Part shown: piece by piece, positions 44,074-56,133 of the stretch
Numbering within the stretch: position 1 is the stretch's first letter
Layout of the letters: every line of letters starts with the position of its first letter
Assembly (NCBI GenBank): GCA_964016885.1
Contig: OZ024745.1
Span: 37,386,001 to 37,450,000, forward strand
Direction of reading: 5' to 3'
Length of the DNA: 64,000 nucleotides
DNA from: Eledone cirrhosa
Lineage: Eukaryota
Notes under the pieces: generated by a model
Seen by the model: only the letters and a program-made list of their open reading frames with translations
Told to the model about the DNA's origin: nothing
The model's database searches: none
Made by a program: the position numbers and the translations under genes

Positions 44074-44392
44074 ATATATATATATATGTATTCCTTTATC
44101 CATATATCCACCGGCGTATTTGTTTCGTTAATTCAGCAGATATTTCAACATCAATTATTCAAATGTTATGACGAAACTGTGTAGAGCCATCTCACCTCAT
44201 CACTTCATTAAGCTACAGAAATCTAACTTATCAATAATAAACTGATGTCATGTAGACTAGCTAAACAGTGATGATTTCAATATAGTTGTTCATTGAATTA
44301 ACTCTTCATATCTGTTTAGTGATACATAAACGAAGATTGAAATCTAAATATGCATGCATGTAAATATTGAAAATCTAAAACACCCCCCCCCC

Positions 44393-44468
<76 letters not shown>

Positions 44469-44543
44469 ATATTTATTTATCTACCTCTATCTATCAACCT
44501 ACCCACCTAGCTACCCACCTACCTACATATCTATCTATCTACC

Positions 44544-44884
44544 TAGGTTGAAGAGGAGAGCAAAAGGAAGTTGAGGGTTGTTCTATCGACGTGGTATTAA
44601 ACAACCCACTTGTGGCGCCTCCTCCCTATTAGGGATTTCGATTGTTAAATTTGTTTGTTTCAATATTTTTTACACGACTGTATATAAAATCCTCGGCATG
44701 TGTCCTTCTATTGTCCCCTTTTCTTGTACGCCTTGTGGCAAATAAAGAAATATATCTATATATCTATCTACTTATCTCTCTTATATTGTTATTGCCTCCT
44801 CCTTATTGAGGACACCTTGTTTTGTAAACTCCCCCCATTGTACTTGTCCCACTTTTGATGCCCTGGTGGCAAATAAAAGAAACA
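44544..44884 (+). mobile_element. Two short 3'-UTR-only Tx1/L1 insertions in (TATC)n
   Basis: 44544-44750 and 44781-44884 both end GTGGCAAATAAA(A)GAAA followed by TATC repeats. Confidence 0.8.
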
Positions 44885-44940
44885 TATCTACTTATCTCTC
44901 TATCTCTCTGTCTACCTACCTATCTATCTATCTATCTATC

Positions 44941-45959
44941 AATCCTGGGTCAAGCAAAGACCGAGAAAACTGGGCGCCTGGCACACCGAGTGCGCCCAGG
45001 CGCTCACGGCTCTCTGGCAGGCGGACCCGGCTGTCAGTGGAGAATCCACCTCGTCATTCTATAGAGGGCTGGTGGTTAGCAGGTGCGACGACGCCCTCGG
45101 AGAAGCCCTAGGCATGGAGGAAGACAAACTGGCCAACCTGTTCGGTAGGACATTCAGCCCGGGACCCATGGATAACTTCCAGAGGTCCCTGGCCTGGCAA
45201 TGCTACAGAAGGGCTCTGCCCGTTCGAGAAAGGCTCTACAGACACGGGCGCCCGGGTAGGGACCCATCGAAAAAGATCTGTCCCAGATGCGTGTGCGACG
45301 AGGAAACCGTTGCACACGCATTGGTACACTGCTCGGGCATTGCCGATCTGTGGGGCTATGTCGAACAACTGCTGTCAAGGGTGGGACCGATCCGGTTGAC
45401 CACCGAGTCTATTGTAACGATCAAGCCGCCTCCCCTCTTCAAAAACGAAGGAGAGGCGGTGTTTCAGTGCGTAATAGCCATGGCGAAAGAGGTTGTATGG
45501 TGGACGCGTCTGAAAGGACTGAGGTCAGACACCTTTCTCTCTGGCCAACAACTGGTCCGTTTCTTCCGATATCATTTCGGAAGAAGGATCAGGATGGAGA
45601 GAGAGGTGCTGCACCCCAGCCGTTTCTATGAAAGATGGGTGAAAGTGGCGAGAATGGCCCGTGTGAATGGGCCTTCACTCTACATCAGACTATAGGTGAG
45701 GAAGATGAAAGACCAAGGGAGCACCCCTTCTCTGTGCTCCTGAGGGGAAAGGGTTGCACACTTTTTTCGGGGGTGTGTGCGACCCCCCAAGGCGCCTCCT
45801 CTCTATTGAGGACTTTGTTATAAATTTTATTTTTGTTATATTTTATTTTATTTTTATATATTGTTATTGCCTCCTCCTTATTGAGGACGCCTTTTTGTGT
45901 AAACTCCCCCCTTTGTACTTGTCCCACTTTTGATGCCCTGGTGGCAAATAAAAGAAACA

Positions 45960-45960
<1 letters not shown>
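44941..45960 (+). mobile_element. 5'-truncated Tx1/L1-clade LINE (ORF2 C-terminal zf-RVT region 45072-45695 plus 3' UTR)
   Basis: WQCYRRALPVRERL...CPRC...EETVAHALVHC zinc-binding motif of L1/Tx1 ORF2; AATAAA; (TATC)n on both sides. Confidence 0.9.
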
Positions 45961-46035
<75 letters not shown>

Positions 46036-46043
46036 AATCTATC

Positions 46044-46074
<31 letters not shown>

Positions 46075-46084
46075 CTATCTATCT

Positions 46085-47120
46085 CTGGCACACTGAGTGT
46101 GCCCAGGCGCTCACCGCCCTCTGGCAGGCGGATCCGGTTATCAGTGGAGACTCCACCGCAACATTCTATAGAGGGCTGGTACGCAGCAGGTGCGACGACG
46201 CCCTCGGAGAAGCCCTAGACATGGAGGAGGACGAACTGGCCAGCCTGTTCGGTAGGACATTCAGCCCGGGACCTATGGACAACTTCCAGAAGTCCCTGGC
46301 CTGGCAGTGCTACCGAGGAGCTTTACCCGTTCGAGAAAGGCTCTACAGACACGGGCGCCCGGGTAGGGACCCCGCCAAAAAGATCTGTCCCAGATGCGTG
46401 TGCGACGAGGAAACCGTTGCACACGCATTGGTACACTGCTCGGGCGTAGCCGATCTGTGGGGCTATGTCGAACAACTGCTGTCAAGGGTGGGACCGATCC
46501 GGTTGACCACCGAGTCTATTGTAATGATCAAGCCGCCTCCCCCTTCAAAGATGAAGCAGAGGCGGTGTTTCTGTGCGTAATAGCCATGGCGAAAGAGGTT
46601 GTATGGTGGACGCGTCTGAAAGGACTGAGGTCAGGCACCTTTCTCTCTGGCCAACAACTGGTCCGTTTCTTCCGATATCATTTCGGAAGAAGGATCAGGA
46701 TGGAGAGAGAGGTGCTGCACCCCAGTCGTTTTTATGTAAGGTGGATGAAAGTGGCGAGAATGGCCCGTGTGAATGGGTCTTCTCTTTACATGAGCCTGTA
46801 GGTGGAAAAGAGGAAGGAACGAGGGAGCACCCCCTCTCTGTGCTCCTGAGGAAAAGGGTTGCACACTTTTTTCGGGGGTGTGTGCGACCCCCCAAGGCGC
46901 CTCCTCTCTATTGAGGATTTTGTTATAAATTTTATTTTTTGTTATATTTTATAACAAAATCCTCTATTGAGGATTTTGTTATAATTCTATTTTTTGTTAT
47001 ATTTTATTTTATCTTTATATATTGTTATTGCCTCCTCCCTATTGAGGACGCCTTGTTTTGTAAACTCCCCACATTGTACTTGTCCCACTTTTGATGCCCT
47101 TGTGGCAAATAAAAGAAACA
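46085..47120 (+). mobile_element. Second 5'-truncated Tx1/L1 copy with a frameshift near 46543
   Basis: Highly similar to 44941-45960; coding frame split between ORFs 45930-46580 and 46394-46801. Confidence 0.9.
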
Positions 47121-47136
47121 TATCTATCTATCTATC

Positions 47137-47167
<31 letters not shown>

Positions 47168-47559
47168 TTATCTATCTATTTATCTATCTATATGCATAAA
47201 CTCGTTTGATATCCAACCGCCTGGAAGCTATTTCTATGAAACAAAACTGTTTGCTTTAAAAAGTTTTATATTTATCTAAAAACCTTATGTTATTATTTCT
47301 CTAAAAATCTTTTTTAAGTTATATTCCAAACACCACCTTAAAAACAAGGCAGAACGTTATATTATTACACCCCACCACCTCCAATTGCTGATTATTTAAA
47401 AATCGTTTCAAAAATGTTGCACGTGTCTTTTTAACAGAAATATAATAGAGAATGAGTTAAATATAATGTTTAAATTTCTATGGAGAAGAAAAGGCGCAGT
47501 GAATAGTTTCCCGAGAATTCTTTGGGCGATGAAAGAGAGAAAGAGAGAGGGGAGAGTAG

Positions 47560-48182
47560 GCGTTGTACTGACTGGTACTTTATCTATCGATCTTTGAATA
47601 ATGAATGATAAAGTTCACTTCAACAAGTTTTTCAGAAATTGCAGAGCGTCAGAATAAATATTAATTCCTAATTTCGGCACAAGGCCAGATAATTTGAGAT
47701 AAGGGAAAGGTAATTAAATCGTTCCAAGTACTTGATTGGTTCTTCATTTAATCAACCCCCGAAAAGATGAAAATCAAAGTTGACGTCTGTTGGATTCGAA
47801 CTTAGAACAAATACTGCAATGATATTCATATTTGAGGCTCTAACGCCACCATTTTGAATTTTGAATATGTATATTTCGCATGAGTTTGCTTTGATACTGG
47901 TTTCTGATTTAGACACAAGGCGAACACTTTTGGGGGAAGGGAAAAGTCGATTAAATCGACCCTAGTGTATTACGACCCTAGTTTATTTTATCGACCCCGT
48001 AAGGGAAAAGTCGATTAAATCGACCCTAGTGTATTACGACCCTAGTTTATTTTATCGACCCCGTAAGGGGAAAGGCAAGGTTAACCTAAGCATGATTTTA
48101 ACTCAGATGGTAAAGGGCCGTAATTCTATGTGATAAAGCATGTTGTCAGACGCTTCACCGATACTGCCAATTCACCGCTCTT
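47560..48182 (-). mobile_element. Cluster of Nin-domain-like SINEs, one with an internal tandem duplication
   Basis: Family motifs; AAGGGAAAAGTCGATTAAATCGACCCTAG... at 47937 and 48001. Confidence 0.8.
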
Positions 48183-49218
48183 GTTTGCTATAATATTAAA
48201 AGTATTATATATTATCTCATTATGTGCTTATTGGATCAGAGCTTATTTAGGGCTTCACAAAAATGCCAGATGGAATACTGCATCTATGAATCGCACATTG
48301 TCGTTCGAAGAACTGTGGATCAGCTCAAGCAGTGTGGACTAGGGGCTAAATAACAACAACGCTACTAACAACAGTAATAACAACAACAATGTATGCATCG
48401 GATCAACTTTCCCTCAAAGTTACGTGGAGGTGGGACCACGCAGTTGCTGCATAGTTGTGGTACACGTCAAAACCGTGACGCTTAGTAGCTTCTAAAATAT
48501 TGCCGTGCAGCAGCTTTGAGTTAAAAATATTCTTGTCAAAGCATCAAACGTTCCGTTCAGTAATTGGCAAACATTAGAGTGAACGTTTCATCGGATGTTT
48601 ATGGATGATTTATCAAAGACTGTGTTGCATACTGCACTTGAAATATAGTAATAAGTTATTAAAGAGACAGGTTTAGTTCAACGTGGATTTCGTTTGAACT
48701 TTTTGTACTCTTAAGTCCAAAGGTTGCATTTTACCCTTTCAGAGATATCAAAAATATACCTGCCTAAATTGGTGGTATATATGCTTTAGATTTTTTTGCG
48801 TTCTGAGTTCAAATTCCATCTAGATGCCAATAGCTGAAACTAGCCACGGAACACAATTTTAGACTGCAGTTGACCAATGTGGGCAGGTTGACGTACAGCC
48901 AGCAGTGATTCAAAAACGATTGAATGAAATGAAATATTGTTTGATCTTAACTACATTTCGACTATAATTTAACACGCCAATCATAAAAAAAAAATTCTAG
49001 ACTTAACTATCTCGTCTATTTCTTTTTTCTTTTCTTTTTTCAGATATGGGCGCTGACTATGTGGTTAAGGAGTTCGCGTCGCAACCATGTGGTTTCGCGT
49101 TTGGTCACACTACGTGGCTTCGTGGGTCTTCTACTCTACCCCGACTTGATTTATGCCTTATAAGTGAAACTTTGTAAGCGCAAACTGTGTACAAGCCCGT
49201 CGCATATATATATTATAT

Positions 49219-49334
<116 letters not shown>

Positions 49335-49390
49335 TTGTGTGTGCATGCACGTATATAACACCTCATTTTCTAATATATATATATATATAT

Positions 49391-49540
49391 AACGAAGGAA
49401 GTGTGGTAAGAAACCAGGTGGACCATAACGCACAGGAGTACTCGATACTTTGGGTAGTAGAGTGGGTAATAGGAAACGGGTCAGTCCAGAAATAGCCGTC
49501 GAAACGGCTTGAGCTCTGCCGTCGGAGTACTGACCCTTTT

Positions 49541-49543
<3 letters not shown>
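49391..49543. mobile_element. Family F element in (TA)n with a different inversion junction
   Basis: TAGGAAACGGGTCAGT / ACTGACCCTTTTCCTA bracket a single GAAACGGC..GCCGTC. Confidence 0.85.
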
Positions 49544-49608
<65 letters not shown>

Positions 49609-49609
<1 letters not shown>

Positions 49610-51129
49610 CTTACACAATAATCAAAACTATGTTCAAAACATTTTATTGCTGACAATCGTGTCTTCCAAACTTTCGTTTGGATTCATCGGAGCACTAGCA
49701 AAGTTTAGACATATAATTAACTTCCTATTCCGCAGAACAAACATATAGATACATAGATATTAATGTTGTCATCAACAGTTTCATATTTACAGAGTAGAGA
49801 TGCTGAGGCCAGTGTCAGTGGATGTGACAGAGATTACAAAATAATAGTATAACAATTAAAGAGGCATTAAGGCAGAAGGTTACTCGCAAAACGAGGACAT
49901 TAGCACTACATACGCAAGCGTATAGAGAGTGTAAAAGTGTCAGGCATGTAGAGAATAGCTAGGTAGGAAACAAGCAATAGTACTAGGCATATATATTACA
50001 GCATGGCAAAGGTATCACATAATATAACACAGGTTTACAAGCATATTAAGCAGACAAAGATGTTTGTGTATTAAAAGTAGTTTCTATGAAGTTTATGGTG
50101 GATGTAGTGTGATAATTGTTCCTGTAATGTTCAAATGTGTATGTGTTGAGAGTATTATTATTAATGTTTTCTTTTCCATTACATTGGTTATATTTTATTT
50201 AATATTTATAAGTAGTTACAACTATGGATTGTATATTGGTCCTATTACAGTCTTATCCAGGGTTCGAGTTGTTCTAGAGAGATCTTTCTAACGGTTTAAT
50301 TTCCGGAAGTGAGTTATAGATCTATATTAATTTGTATATAGTAGAAAAAAGTATAGTTGTTTACAGCTCCAATTAGTTAAATTCCTTGTGCCAATGTACA
50401 TTATATTATGTTATAAGTGAATCCCTTTTATATAATGCTATTTATTTATATATATAATTTTAAATACAATCTATTTTCCTATAATACATTAAAGTTCTCA
50501 TTATATTATTATCTATCCATTACTGAACTATTTATAAGTATTTATATTAAATGGTGGTCACTTTATGTTTATTCTTAATAGTTATTGTAGAGTATAAGAT
50601 TGGAGATAAATACGAGGTAAGTAGAGGAATGAGCTAATCATAGAGTGTGATGCTGTGGAGGTAATTATATGCTGACAAAACCTAGAGGTGAAGTGTTAAT
50701 GGTGGTGTGGAATCCAGATCTGACATTGTTATATACTAGCAGCTAGGTTTGAAGTTGTGGAAAGAGTGTCGGTGGTAGTGTTGGCACATAGAAAACATTT
50801 CTGATTTTCTATTTAAGAGGTTTAGCTTAGAATAGATTATAGTGCGAGTCTCTGGAAGACAGAGGTTATATAATTTATTCGGTGGTTTATACGATGCGGC
50901 CTTATCTATTACTTCCCATTGAAGTGTGTATGGTCTATTTTTAGTTTTCTGAGAGTGTATGTAGGTAGATAAAGAAATGGAGTTGGCTAGATTGCGATTT
51001 TTGAAAGTGTGGAGATGCGAGTTATATCTCGTCTTGAAGCAGTTCGAAGTAGAACCGATATATGTTTTTGAAGAGTTGTTTGTATTGACTGTGCATGAGT
51101 AAATGATGTCTTTGATTGAGCAATCTTTA

Positions 51130-51131
<2 letters not shown>
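49609..51131 (-). mobile_element. 5'-truncated Penelope-like element between (TA)n tracts
   Basis: GIY-YIG coding end, about 1.1 kb AT-rich 3' region, and a decayed HHR-like motif at 49648-49694; the extent is inferred from the flanking TA tracts. Confidence 0.7.
50736..51131 (-). pseudogene. Penelope-type GIY-YIG endonuclease domain (C-terminal fragment, no start codon)
   Basis: Manual translation, stop-free to TAG at 50738-50736: GKDCSIKDIIYSCTVNTNNSSKTYIGSTSNCFKTRYNSHLHTFKNRNLANSISLSTYIHSQKTKNRPYTLQWEVIDKAASYKPPNKLYNLCLPETRTIIYSKLNLLNRKSEMFSMCQHYHRHSFHNFKPSC*; shows IIY, YIG, R, E and N motifs. Confidence 0.9.
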
Positions 51132-51219
<88 letters not shown>

Positions 51220-51449
51220 ATTTATATATATATATATATAAATATTCGATATTTACTCCGTCACTCCTATGTGGAAAAAGTACGTTGAGTGCTTGATTGA
51301 ATTGCATCAATATTTACCCTAAGTATATATATATATATATCAACCTCTATTAACTTTAGATGCTACATAGATCAGTAAACTCTGTTACACAACAGGTAAA
51401 ATAATTATTCTACTGATTCATAACTGTCTGTTACCCTGACAATACCCTT

Positions 51450-51924
51450 AGTGTTGTTACTGTAGTTGATATTGCTGCTGGTGTTACTGTAGTTGTTATT
51501 GCTGCTGTTGTTTTTATTGTAGTTGTTATTGTTGCTGCTGTTATTATTGTTGTTACTGTTGTTGTTACTGTAGTTGTTATTGCTGCTGCTGTTATTGCTG
51601 TTACTGTAGTTGTTATTGCTGCTGCTGTTAATCTTGTTGTTGTTACTGTAGTGTTATTGCTGCTGCTGTTATTGCTGTTACTGTAGTTGTTATTGCTGCT
51701 GCTGTTAATCTTGTTGTTGTTACTGTAGTGTTATTGCTGCTGCTGTTATTGTTGTTGTTACTGTAGTTGTTATTGTTGCTGTTGTTACTGTAGTTGATAT
51801 TGCTGCCGCTGTTACTGTAGTTATTATTGTTGTTGTTGCTGTAGTTGCTTGTGTTGTTGGCGTTATACTTTCTGTTATGTTTGCTGCTGTTACTAATGTT
51901 GTTATTGTTGTTGTTGTTGTTCTA

Positions 51925-51955
<31 letters not shown>

Positions 51956-52792
51956 TTGATGATGATGATGCTGTTGCTATTTATGCCGATGATGCTGAGG
52001 TTCGATGCTGCAGTTCATGTTGCTGTTGTTTTTGTTTTATGGACGTTATAGTTTTTGCTGCTGTTGCTTCTGCTACTGCTGCGGTCGTTGTTGTAGCTGC
52101 TGTTCCTGTTGTCGTTGTTGTAGTAGCTGTTGTTTTGCCATTGTTATTGCAATATTGTTTTCGACGTTGTTTTTGTTGCTGCTCTTGCTGCTGCTGCTGT
52201 TATTATTGTTGTTGCTGTTGATGTTGATATTGATGTTGTTGCTGTTGTTGTTGTTACTGGTGTTGTTATTGTTGTTTTTATTATAGTGTTGTTGATGTTG
52301 TTGCTGCTGCTGCAGTTGCTACCACTACTGCCGCTGTTGCCGCTGCTGGTGTTGCTGCCGTTGCTGGTGTTGTTATTTTTACTGTTGTTGCTTTGGTTAT
52401 TGTAGATGTTGATGCTACTGTTGTTGTTGGTGCCATTGTTGTTGTTGTTGTTGTTGTTGTTGCCGCTGCTGCTCTTGCTGTTGTTGTTGTAGCTGTTGTA
52501 GATAATGTAGATGATGGCGGTAATGATGATGATGTTATTTGTTGTTATTAGTAGTCAGTGAGGGTGTACAATATGCAAAGTGATGATGGTTGACGTTGTT
52601 ACCCTAGCGATTGAAGGAGGAGAACAGTACGAGGCACGTGTGCACTTTCAAAACATCCACTTCATTATACAGATACGGGTACAGACACCTCGATTTCACT
52701 CCACCACCACCACCACCACCACCACCACCACCACCACCACCACCACCACCACCACCACCACCACCACCACCACCACCACCACCATCACCACT
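51450..52792. repeat. Degenerate (GTT/GCT/GAT)n trinucleotide region and pure (CCA)n at 52701-52790
   Basis: Direct reading. Confidence 0.95.
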
Positions 52793-52864
52793 AGCTCTCA
52801 CGCAAATATTAATAATGATTTCATTTATTAGCCACAAGGGTGCATGACATTATTGACAATATAT

Positions 52865-53160
52865 TTGTTTCTACTTTTAGGCACGAGGCCAGCAATTTGA
52901 ACAGGAGGATAAAGTCGATTAAATCGACCCCATTGCGTGTCTGTTGGACAATATAATGATGAAATACAACACAAAGTTGGGTTTACCTCGAGTAAAGAGA
53001 AGGAAAAATAATAAGGATTTCTGATTTAGATACAAGGCAAACAATTTTGAGGGAGCGGAAAGTCGATTAAACCGACCCAGTGCATTACTGGTACTTTACT
53101 TTATCGACCACTGTAAGAATGAAAGGCAAAGCTAACCTCAGTGGGATTTGATCTCAGAAG
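52865..53160 (-). mobile_element. Nin-domain-like SINE fragments
   Basis: Family motifs. Confidence 0.75.
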
Positions 53161-53177
53161 GTTAAGGGAGGTAACGG

Positions 53178-53870
53178 CTAATTATCGCCACTACGGTCAA
53201 AGGATATATACTCCAATTGTGGCCGTGAACCGACCGCATCAAGGCTCCTTTTGAATATGTCGTTCAAAGCGGTGTGCCGTTGGAACTGATATGTACTGTA
53301 GCAACAAGAGAGCTTATGTAATCCAAACTCATCGACTGATATTCTACAATGGCATATGTTATTTATATACATGGAGGTTAAATTGCATGGCCACGTGGAT
53401 GCACGTGAACTCATCATCAAGTGAGGTACCTGTTGATAAAGAGGGCATTCAATTGAGCGAATCGTCACTGTCTGGCGGCGAGGAAGATTTGAGCCTTGTG
53501 CCGGTTAAATTGCATCTGATTTCGTCTGTGTTGCGTTGGTAAGTGAGACCATCATCATATTAAGTTCCTGCTGTTTAGCAGAGAATCTCGTAGATGAGGC
53601 CGCGGCTGAAGATAATTGAGGAAAAGTAGGCTAACAGCGCCAGATTAGATTTTGGTCGGAGGCGGAAGCCAGCGAACTTCACGAGAGTTTCGCCTGTTAC
53701 CAGCCTGTATCGTCAAAGTTGACATTAGGTGTGAATTCGACGCACTAACTGATGATGACATCATATTCACTTGGGCGACCCACATGAAGGTGATAAGGCG
53801 AACTACGCAGGGAAACTAGAAGTCTGGGGAGGAAATGTGCAGGAAATTAAATTGTTTTTATTACTTTGAC
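53178..53870 (-). pseudogene. CRE-clade non-LTR retrotransposon remnant (RT thumb to zinc knuckle and start of RLE)
   Basis: LPRLLVSLRSSP...NVNFDDTGW*QAKL..KFAGFRLR..LALLAYFSS and CHC..VDEFGLHKLSC...RHTALNDIFKRSLDAVG..LE...DRSG. Confidence 0.75.
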
Positions 53871-54194
53871 TTGTGCCCACTTTTCAGGGCCTCTGAGACT
53901 GGTTGAAAGGAGATACACTTCATACACTGAAGTCCTGGACCGAATATTTATAATGTTGTGAGTCAGGCAATGGACAAAATCAACAATCCAAAAATTACAT
54001 CTACAATTGAAGTCTACCATATAAAACTTTTATCTACTCCCAAAATTGAGTCTTCCACTCAATTCATGTCTACTACACATAATCAGTTTGCCACAATACG
54101 TGTGTACAATATACATGAATTATATTAGCATACTTTATGTATAATATACATATAAGTAAAAAAAAAATTACGCGTTTATATATATATGTTTTTC

Positions 54195-54510
54195 TTTTGG
54201 TCAAGAATGACCATGTGATTTCCACCTAGAATGGTCCCCTCCGAGGCGCAAATCTGAGCAGGCTTGTTTGTGGAAGACCAACAGTCGTCTATGCACACCA
54301 GTCTACACTCACCACGCCACCGATGCCCAAGGGAAAGGCAATGGCCGATACAGCTTGGTACTAGTGATGTCAGAACTCATTACTACAATTGAGTAAAGTG
54401 GAGTAACATGAAATAAAGCGTCTTGCTTGAGGACACAACGCATCACTTGGTCCGGAAATCGAGCTCATCACCTGACGATTGCAAGCCCAATGCTCTAATC
54501 ACAAAGGCAT
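54195..54510 (-). mobile_element. CORE-like SINE
   Basis: Homologous to 40365-40625; B-box remnant on -. Confidence 0.75.
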
Positions 54511-55500
54511 ACACCTTCATTCAACTATATATATATATATATATATATATACAGTATATGTATATATATATATGTGTGTGTGTCTGTGTGTGTATGAAAG
54601 AGTATCATCACTAGATACTTCATGTACGTGTGTATAGAATGAAAAAAAAAACCTCACATTTTATTTATTTTCTTTTTCCCCGAAATAAATAATGTTTCGT
54701 CTTTGTCTTTTCTACTTTGTGTTCGTGGAGGCGGGCGAGGGGTGTGTATGTGTGTCGAGGATTGGATTCTGGCCACGGGTCATCAGCCACGCATTCATGC
54801 GGATATAAAACCAAATTCTAGACATATTTACCTACGTAGGTCACGTGCCATCAATAGACGCTCCCTCATCTTAAATATCGTCATCAATGTCACGGCTTGC
54901 ATCAGTTTCCGGTTAGTTAAGGATGTGAGGGTGCAGGGGGAGGGATGGATGGATGGTTGGTTGGTTGGTTTAGCTTTTGATGGTGGCGGTGACGGCGGCG
55001 GTGCTGGTGGTGGTGGTGGTGGTGATGTGATGGTTGGGTGGAGGGATTAGTGATGCTGGTGATGCTGGCGGCGGTGGTGGTGGTGGTGGTGGTGTTGTAG
55101 GCGGTGTGGATGGTTGGGTGGAGGGATTAGTGACGCTGGTGGTGGTAGTGGTGGAGGTGTGGAGGAGGAAGTGGTGTTTAAATATGTCGCATACACGCTA
55201 ACAATTACACACACATACACGAAACAACACACATTCACGCGCATACACAACACACACAAAAACTCACGCACACACACGCCAGGCATATAATACACATAAA
55301 GTGTTATATAGTCTTGCACAGACATGGCTGTACATATAAGTACATATATATTTATATTTATCTTGTGTGTGTATGTATGGAGGGGGGGGGGGGTATATTC
55401 AAAATTACATAGACACACAGACAACTATATTATACTCACACACACACACACGCACACACACACACACACACAACCATATATATATATATATATATATATA

Positions 55501-55695
55501 TAGGAAAATGTTTGACCCCGACGGCAGAGCTCAAGCCGTTTCGACGGCTATTTCTCTATTAAGAAATAACTGTCGAAACGGCTTGAGCTCTGCCGTCGGG
55601 GTCAAACATTTTCCTATTACCCACTCTACTACCCTAAGTATTGAGTACTCTGCTGCGTTATGGTCCATCTGGTTCCTTACCACACCTCCTTCGTT
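55501..55695. mobile_element. Family F hairpin element in (TA)n, opposite orientation
   Basis: Palindrome about 55500-55616 with tail to TTCGTT at 55695. Confidence 0.88.
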
Positions 55696-55812
55696 ATATA
55701 TATATATATATATAAAGAGAGAGAGAGAGAGTCTGCGGTGATGAGACCGAGAAGATCACTAATCATTGGAGTACTCAATGTATGGGGAGATGTGGAGTAG
55801 GTATAGAGATAG

Positions 55813-55936
55813 GTAAAATCCTTACCGATGCGCCAAACGGTTTCGGCTGGTGTGTTCAGCAAGCCTTTTTCATGTCTGGAAAAGGCTTGCTAGATACGCA
55901 AGCCAAAACACTTTGGCGCCGCGGTCGGGATTTTAC
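55813..55936. repeat. Diverged palindrome of about 120 bp
   Basis: GTAAAATCC/GGATTTTAC, GCGCCAAA/TTTGGCGC, AGCAAGCCTTTT/AAAAGGCTTGCT. Confidence 0.75.
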
Positions 55937-56133
55937 ATATTTCGCACTCTCACTCTCTCCTTCACCCCCCCCCCCCATATATATGTATATTTATTAAAAT
56001 AACAGATTTAGTCTGTTATTTTAATAAATAAATATTTGCTCTACGGTTCTTATATATTTGATATATATTTATCCTTATCGAACCCTCTTTGGATTTTAGT
56101 CTTCAAATTTATTATTATTACTATATATATATA

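Noticed and set aside
45072-45695. 207-aa ORF as a functional gene
   Set aside because: 5'-truncated LINE ORF2 C-terminus lacking RT and endonuclease
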